NCBI GenBank assembly: GCA_965198175.1
Contig: OZ240245.1
Coordinates: 2,015,278-2,079,277 of the forward strand
Direction: 5' to 3'
Length of the DNA stretch: 64,000 nucleotides
Source of the DNA: Candidatus Poribacteria bacterium
GTDB lineage: Bacteria > Poribacteria > WGA-4E > PCPOR2b
In this document: in pieces, positions 58,795 to 64,000 of the stretch
Numbering within the stretch: position 1 is the stretch's first letter
How the letters are laid out: the number at the start of each line of letters is the position of its first letter
Position numbers and translations under genes: made by a program
Notes under the pieces: generated by a model
The model's database searches: none
Seen by the model: the letters and a program-made list of their open reading frames with translations, nothing else
What the model was told of the DNA's origin: nothing

Positions 58795-60441
58795 ATGACA
58801 AACGAAAATCATCAACTGACTTCCACAACCAGTGAAAATGAAAAGCGTTTAACGCGATCTGCGGGAATCGTTAGCATTGCCGTGATGGGGTCGCGCCTAC
58901 TGGGGCTTGTGCGGGAACAAGTGATTGCCTATTTTTTTGTTTCAGGAACCAGCGCCGACGCTTTCTACGCCGCTTTCCGCATCCCGAACCTGATGCGAGA
59001 TCTCTTTGGTGAAGGAGTGTTGAGCAAGGCATTTGTTACAACGTTCACGGCAACAGAGATGGAAGATGGTAAAGAAGCTGCATGGCGTTTAGCAAGCCGG
59101 ATTTTTAATATAACAGTTCTAGTGCTCATGGGGATCACGCTGATTTGTGTCTTTGCCGCACCACTAATCGTTGATATACTGTTTATTGGTAAAGGGTTTC
59201 AAGATGTTGCCTTAAATCCTTCAGAAGACTTCGGCATCAATAACAAACGAGATTTAACGGTCTATCTCACGCGAATTATGTTCCCGTTCCTAATCGTGGT
59301 TTCGCTTGCAGCAGTTGCGATGGGACTACTCAACAGCAGGGGAAAATTTGGCGTTCCCGCCTGTGCTTCGTTGTTTTTTAATCTCGGATCGATCGTTGTT
59401 GGCGTTTGGGGATATTACACCCTACCCCGTATAGGACTACACCCTGTAACAGGTATGGCATTCGGTGTACTCGTGGGCGGTGCCTTGCAGTTCATAATTC
59501 AGGTTCCATTGATGTGGCGGTGTGGGTTTCGCCATCGCCTTCTCGTTAGCTTCCGCGATGAGCGGGTGAGGCAGGTGATGCGTCTGATTGGACCTATGAT
59601 TTTGGGGGTTGCTGCGTTACAGGTGAACCTGTTCGTGAACTCAATTTTCGCATCAGAAGGTAAAGGCTGGATGACTTGGATAATTCGAGCATTTCGACTA
59701 ATGCACCTGCCAATCGGAATTTTTGGCGTAGCGATTTCTACTGCTGCGTTGCCGAATCTCACTAAATTGATTGCACGCGGAGAGGTAGAAAGCTTCCGTC
59801 AATCTTTTTCGTATGCCCTGCGGCTAATGTTGTTGTTGACACTTCCTGCTTCTGTTGGATTGATGGTATTGGATGAGCCAATTTGCCGACTCGTCTTTGA
59901 ATGGGGAATGACAGGTAAGGATGACACGAGCCAAACAGCGGGCGCACTGTTGTGCTATGCCTTTGGATTGTGCGGTTTCTCAATGGTCAAGATTGCAACG
60001 GACGGATTTTACGCTTTCAACGACACGCGCACGCCTGCCAAGGTGAGCCTTTGCACAGTCGCACTTAATATTGTGCTGAATTATCTTCTTATATATCAGT
60101 TCAATTTCGGACCCCGCTCGCTTGCGCTATCGACGTCCTGCACAATCACCTTGAACTGTCTGATTCTTCTCGTCCTCTTGCGACGCAGAGCCGGGGGATT
60201 GGGGCTGCGCGGAATATGGAGGCTGTTTTTCAAAATCGTTGCGGCTTCTGCTGGAATGGGCTTCATCTGCATGTGGACGAACGAATGGCTTGAGAATTGG
60301 CTCGGTATCGAGAGCCTCATCGCAAAAGTCTTCGGCGTGTTTGTCCCAATCGGGATAGGTGTTGTTGTTTTCTTTGGGTTGGCTAGGCTTCTGAAGATTA
60401 GAGAATTGAATCAACTGTTAGGCGCAATCGTCCGTCGTTGA
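58795..60441 (+). CDS. murJ: lipid II flippase MurJ (MviN)
   Basis: SRLLGLVRE, DAFYAAFRIPNLMR..FGEG and RLMHLPIGIFG motifs. Confidence 0.93.
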   Translation: MTNENHQLTSTTSENEKRLTRSAGIVSIAVMGSRLLGLVREQVIAYFFVSGTSADAFYAAFRIPNLMRDLFGEGVLSKAFVTTFTATEMEDGKEAAWRLASRIFNITVLVLMGITLICVFAAPLIVDILFIGKGFQDVALNPSEDFGINNKRDLTVYLTRIMFPFLIVVSLAAVAMGLLNSRGKFGVPACASLFFNLGSIVVGVWGYYTLPRIGLHPVTGMAFGVLVGGALQFIIQVPLMWRCGFRHRLLVSFRDERVRQVMRLIGPMILGVAALQVNLFVNSIFASEGKGWMTWIIRAFRLMHLPIGIFGVAISTAALPNLTKLIARGEVESFRQSFSYALRLMLLLTLPASVGLMVLDEPICRLVFEWGMTGKDDTSQTAGALLCYAFGLCGFSMVKIATDGFYAFNDTRTPAKVSLCTVALNIVLNYLLIYQFNFGPRSLALSTSCTITLNCLILLVLLRRRAGGLGLRGIWRLFFKIVAASAGMGFICMWTNEWLENWLGIESLIAKVFGVFVPIGIGVVVFFGLARLLKIRELNQLLGAIVRR

Positions 60442-60581
60442 CAACCACTATCTGATTAGACATTTTTCTTGAAACTGCCCGATATCTGTGTTACAATCTG
60501 AATTTCTTAAAATCACTGGTCGTGCGAATGCCTTACTTACAGGACTTACGCAGTGGAACCTCCAAAATAATAACGATATCT

Positions 60582-60632
60582 GTAGGAGGGGCTTCCTAGC
60601 CCCGAAGGTCGGGACAAGGATGTCCCTCCTAC
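60582..60632. repeat. REP-like palindromic element
   Basis: GTAGGAGGG...CCCGA-AGG-TCGGG...CCCTCCTAC. Confidence 0.7.
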
Positions 60633-60708
60633 AGGAACAGAAGGATCAAGGGGGAAAGGCGTTTAACTGCGTAAGTCCTATTAAATATATACTATCAGCT
60701 AACAGATA

Positions 60709-62058
60709 ATGAACGATATTATTATGAGAAATTCGAGAAAAGCGTTCCTGTGCTTCACAGCTTTGTGGCTTTCCTTGTGCAGTATAACAACTGTGGCATC
60801 TGCACAGACCGCCGAGCAGATTGCCGAAAAAGCGCTAGCGGCTACAGTCTATTTAGAGATGACGGATAGGAACGGCAAAACTCTCGGATTTGGCAGCGGC
60901 TTCTTTGTCGGGAAGAAACATATCGCAACCAACTTCCACGTTATTGAGGGAGCGGCAAAAGGCACCGCAAAACAGGTCGGCAAATACACGAAATATACCA
61001 TCGAAGGCATATCCGCGACCGATAAAAAAAACGACCTGGCCATCCTAAAGGTCACGGCGTTTAGGGGCGAACCCCTTCCCCTCGGTGACAGCGATGCGGT
61101 TAGAATTGGCGAAACGGTTTACGTTGCGGGCAACCCGAGAGGACTGGAGGGCACGTTCTCGAATGGCATCGTCAGCAGTCTCCGCGCGAGGTACACGCGA
61201 AAACGGATTCAGATGACCGCCCCAATTTCCCCGGGAAGCAGTGGTGGTCCCGTGCTAAACAGCAACGGAAAAGTCATTGGAGTCTCTTTCATGACTATTG
61301 AAGGCGGCCAGAACCTGAACTTTGCCATTCCGTCAAACTATCTCAAATCGCTGCTTCGACAGTTTGAACCAGCGAAACCTTACCGGCAAGCGGTACAAAC
61401 CACGGCTGATGCAGTCGAACTTGTCGCCGCCATCGCACATTATGACAAGGCAATTCGCTTGAAACCCGATCACGCCGATGACTACGTTAATCGGGGACTT
61501 TTGAAGTCTAAATTAAGCCAATATTCCGGCGCCATCGCTGATTATAGCAGGGCAATCCGTCTCAAACCCAATTACGCCAATGCCTATTACTATCGAGGGA
61601 AAGCGAAGCATGATTTAGAAAAGTATTCCGGTGCAATCGCCGATTATAGCAAGTCCATCCGCATAAAACCTGATTATGCTGCTGCCTACAACAATCGCGG
61701 GAAGGCGAAGGCTGACTTAGGTGAACACAACGCCGCCATCGCAGATTATGACAAGGCTATCCGCCTCAAACCCGATTATGTCGATGCATACGTCAATCGG
61801 GGACTTGCAGAGTATGACTTAGGTCAATACTCCGCTGCAATCACTGATTATGATGCTGCAATCCGTCTGAAACCCGATCTTGCCGCTGCCTACTACAATC
61901 GGGGACGTGCAAAGATTCTACTAGGGCTCACTAGAGAAGCCAAGCAGGATCTGCAATCCGCAATTAAACTGGCGGAACGGGGTGGCGATGGTAACCTCAA
62001 AGCTAAGAGTAGTTTAGTTCTTAGGCCAATCGAGTTGAAATCCCAACGATTGCGATGA
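60709..62058 (+). CDS. trypsin-like serine protease with C-terminal TPR repeats
   Basis: Signal peptide; catalytic triad TNFHV, NDLAIL, GSSGGP; about five 34-aa TPRs. Confidence 0.9.
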   Translation: MNDIIMRNSRKAFLCFTALWLSLCSITTVASAQTAEQIAEKALAATVYLEMTDRNGKTLGFGSGFFVGKKHIATNFHVIEGAAKGTAKQVGKYTKYTIEGISATDKKNDLAILKVTAFRGEPLPLGDSDAVRIGETVYVAGNPRGLEGTFSNGIVSSLRARYTRKRIQMTAPISPGSSGGPVLNSNGKVIGVSFMTIEGGQNLNFAIPSNYLKSLLRQFEPAKPYRQAVQTTADAVELVAAIAHYDKAIRLKPDHADDYVNRGLLKSKLSQYSGAIADYSRAIRLKPNYANAYYYRGKAKHDLEKYSGAIADYSKSIRIKPDYAAAYNNRGKAKADLGEHNAAIADYDKAIRLKPDYVDAYVNRGLAEYDLGQYSAAITDYDAAIRLKPDLAAAYYNRGRAKILLGLTREAKQDLQSAIKLAERGGDGNLKAKSSLVLRPIELKSQRLR

Positions 62059-62071
62059 GGATGGTTACACA

Positions 62072-62335
62072 ATGAACAGATCGCTAAGTGAATTCGATCC
62101 CCAGATTGTTGACATAATGCGCCAAGATTTGAATCGGCAGCAAAACTGTTTAACACTGATTCCGTCGGAAAACTATGCCAGTAAAGCGGTTATGCAGATG
62201 CAGAGCAGTATCCTTGCTAACAAGTATGCCGAGGGCTACGCTGGTGACCGATATTACAATGGCTGCGAGTTTATAGATCAAATAGAGACACAGTCACAAT
62301 TTGAATTGCCTAGAGAACGGTGTGGGTTGGGTTGA
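62072..62335 (+). pseudogene. glyA: 5' fragment of serine hydroxymethyltransferase
   Basis: LIPSENYAS...NKYAEGY..RYYNGCEFIDQIE, then homology stops after about 74 codons. Confidence 0.85.
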
Positions 62336-62413
62336 GAGCATATGTCTGTTAAGGAGAAGCATTGTTCTGTTTTTGAGAAGGTGGCGTTGTAAAGCTAGAA
62401 GCGATACAAACGG

Positions 62414-64000
62414 ATGATGAGCAATTTAGTTATGAAAAATCCGAGAAAAGCGTTCCTGTGCTTCACAGTATTGTGGCTGTTCTTGTGCAGCATAATAACT
62501 GCAGCGGATGCACAGACCGTCGAGGAGATTGCTGAAAAAGCGTTAGCGGCTACGGTCTATTTAGAGATGACAGATAGGAACGGCGAATCCGCGGGTTTTG
62601 GCAGCGGTTTCTTTGTCGCGCAGGACCAAGTAGCTACCAACTTCCACGTTATTGAGGGAGCGGCGAAAGGTACGGCGAAGCAGGTCGGCAAATACACGAA
62701 ATATACCATCGAAGGTATATCCGCGACTGATAAAGAAAACGACCTTGCTATCCTAAAGGTCACGGCGTTTGGGATCGAACCACTTCCCCTCGGTGACAGC
62801 GAAACGGTTAAAATTGGCGAGACGGTTTATGTTGCGGGCAATCCGAGAGGGCTGGAAGGCACGTTCTCGGATGGCATAATCAGCAGTCTCCGCGAACGGT
62901 ACACCCGAAAACGGCTCCAGATGACCGCCCCGATTTCACCGGGCAGCAGCGGTGGTCCCGTCTTAAACGGCAAGGGGAAAGTCATCGGGGTCTCTTTCAT
63001 GATTCTTGAAGGTGGGCAGAACCTTAATTTTGCCATTCCGTCAAGATATCTCAAGGCGCTTCTTTCCCGGTCAAAGCCAGCGAGACCTTTCGCGCCAGGG
63101 AAACAACCCATCTCTGCCGAGACGTACTTTAGTTTGGGGAATATGAGGTACGACCTAGGACTATATAAGATAGCGATTGAGGATTATGACAGGGCAATCC
63201 GATTGAAACCCGATTTCGTCGATGCCTACGTCAATCGGGGGTCTTCGAAGGCTGGCTTAGGCAAATACATTGCCGCCATATCCGACTATGACAGAGCAAT
63301 CTGCCTGCAACCCGATTTAGTCCAAGCATACTACAATCGCGGATTAGCGAAGGACGAATTAGGCGAACACATTGCCGCCATAGTCGATTATAACGCTGCA
63401 ATTCGCTTAAAACCTGATTATGCCGACGCCTACGTCAATCGGGGGCATGCGAAGGCTGGCTTAGGCGAATACATTGCCGCCATATCCGACTATGACAGAG
63501 CAATCTGGATCGAACCCGATGATGCCAAAACCTACAACAATCGTGGAGTTGCTAAAGATGAATTAGGCGAACACATTGCCGCCGTAGTCGATTATAACGC
63601 TGCAATTCGCCTAAAACCCGATTATGCCGTTGCCTACGTCAATCGGGGGTCTTCGAAGGCTGGCTTAGGCAAATACATTGCCGCCATATCCGACTATGAC
63701 AGAGCAATCTGCCTGCAACCCGATTTAGTCCAAGCATACTACAATCGTGGGGTTGCGAAGGCTGAATTAGGCGAACACATTGCCGCGATCGCCGACTATG
63801 ATGCTGCAATCCGTCTGAAACCCGATGATGCCGATGCGTACTTTGATCGGGGATCTTCGAAGCACAACCTAGGACAATACATTGCCGCGATCGCCGATTA
63901 TGATGCTGTAATCCGCCTCCAGCCCGATTCTGCCGATGCCTACTTGAATCGGGGATTAGCGAAGAATGATTTAGGCGAATACATTGCCGCCATAGTCGAT
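62414..64000 (+). CDS. second trypsin-like protease-TPR protein (runs off the window)
   Basis: Paralogue of 60709-62058 with intact H/D/S motifs; long TPR array; no stop before the window end. Confidence 0.88.
   Translation, partial: MMSNLVMKNPRKAFLCFTVLWLFLCSIITAADAQTVEEIAEKALAATVYLEMTDRNGESAGFGSGFFVAQDQVATNFHVIEGAAKGTAKQVGKYTKYTIEGISATDKENDLAILKVTAFGIEPLPLGDSETVKIGETVYVAGNPRGLEGTFSDGIISSLRERYTRKRLQMTAPISPGSSGGPVLNGKGKVIGVSFMILEGGQNLNFAIPSRYLKALLSRSKPARPFAPGKQPISAETYFSLGNMRYDLGLYKIAIEDYDRAIRLKPDFVDAYVNRGSSKAGLGKYIAAISDYDRAICLQPDLVQAYYNRGLAKDELGEHIAAIVDYNAAIRLKPDYADAYVNRGHAKAGLGEYIAAISDYDRAIWIEPDDAKTYNNRGVAKDELGEHIAAVVDYNAAIRLKPDYAVAYVNRGSSKAGLGKYIAAISDYDRAICLQPDLVQAYYNRGVAKAELGEHIAAIADYDAAIRLKPDDADAYFDRGSSKHNLGQYIAAIADYDAVIRLQPDSADAYLNRGLAKNDLGEYIAAIVD
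63224..63747 (+). repeat. TPR-coding repeats with 204/408-bp periodicity
   Basis: Exact 116-bp repeat at 63224-63339 and 63632-63747; second repeat family near 63356 and 63560. Confidence 0.85.

Noticed and set aside
1-64000. CRISPR array, rRNA or tRNA genes
   Set aside because: No short repeats with unique spacers; the long repeats are in-frame WD40/TPR coding units. I found no tRNA T-loop or acceptor-stem pattern in the intergenic regions by eye (tRNAscan-SE not run).

Overview
Gene-dense bacterial chromosome window. The paralogue repertoire (WD40 lipoprotein, trypsin-TPR proteins, DUF6785-type membrane protein, PhyH, NHL and ThDP enzymes) resembles Candidatus Poribacteria; this attribution is inference, not a database result. 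Most of the window is housekeeping and catabolic genes: lolA-like, AtuA pair, a xanthine-dehydrogenase-family molybdoenzyme with a MoaD-like carrier, map, miaB, era, bioB, two leuB-like genes, a PPi-type pfk, gltX, pdxH and murJ. Main accessory features: (1) a defence island (about 10.9-17.2 kb) in which a Type IIB-like restriction-modification pair is translationally coupled to an ABC/AAA_21 ATPase and a PIN nuclease, a candidate R-M guard system; (2) a selenocysteine peroxiredoxin missed by the ORF track (in-frame TGA at the peroxidatic Cys plus a SECIS-like hairpin), present twice; (3) an inverted second copy of the ATPase-PIN-peroxiredoxin block at 42.0-44.4 kb, where ATPase and PIN are frameshifted and the ATPase is truncated by an IS5-family element, while the selenoprotein is intact; (4) a DnaA paralogue lacking domain I, the arginine finger and the canonical DnaA-box reading residues; (5) recent tandem expansions in WD40 and TPR genes and a glyA 5' fragment between tandem protease-TPR paralogues. 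I saw no rRNA, tRNA or CRISPR array.
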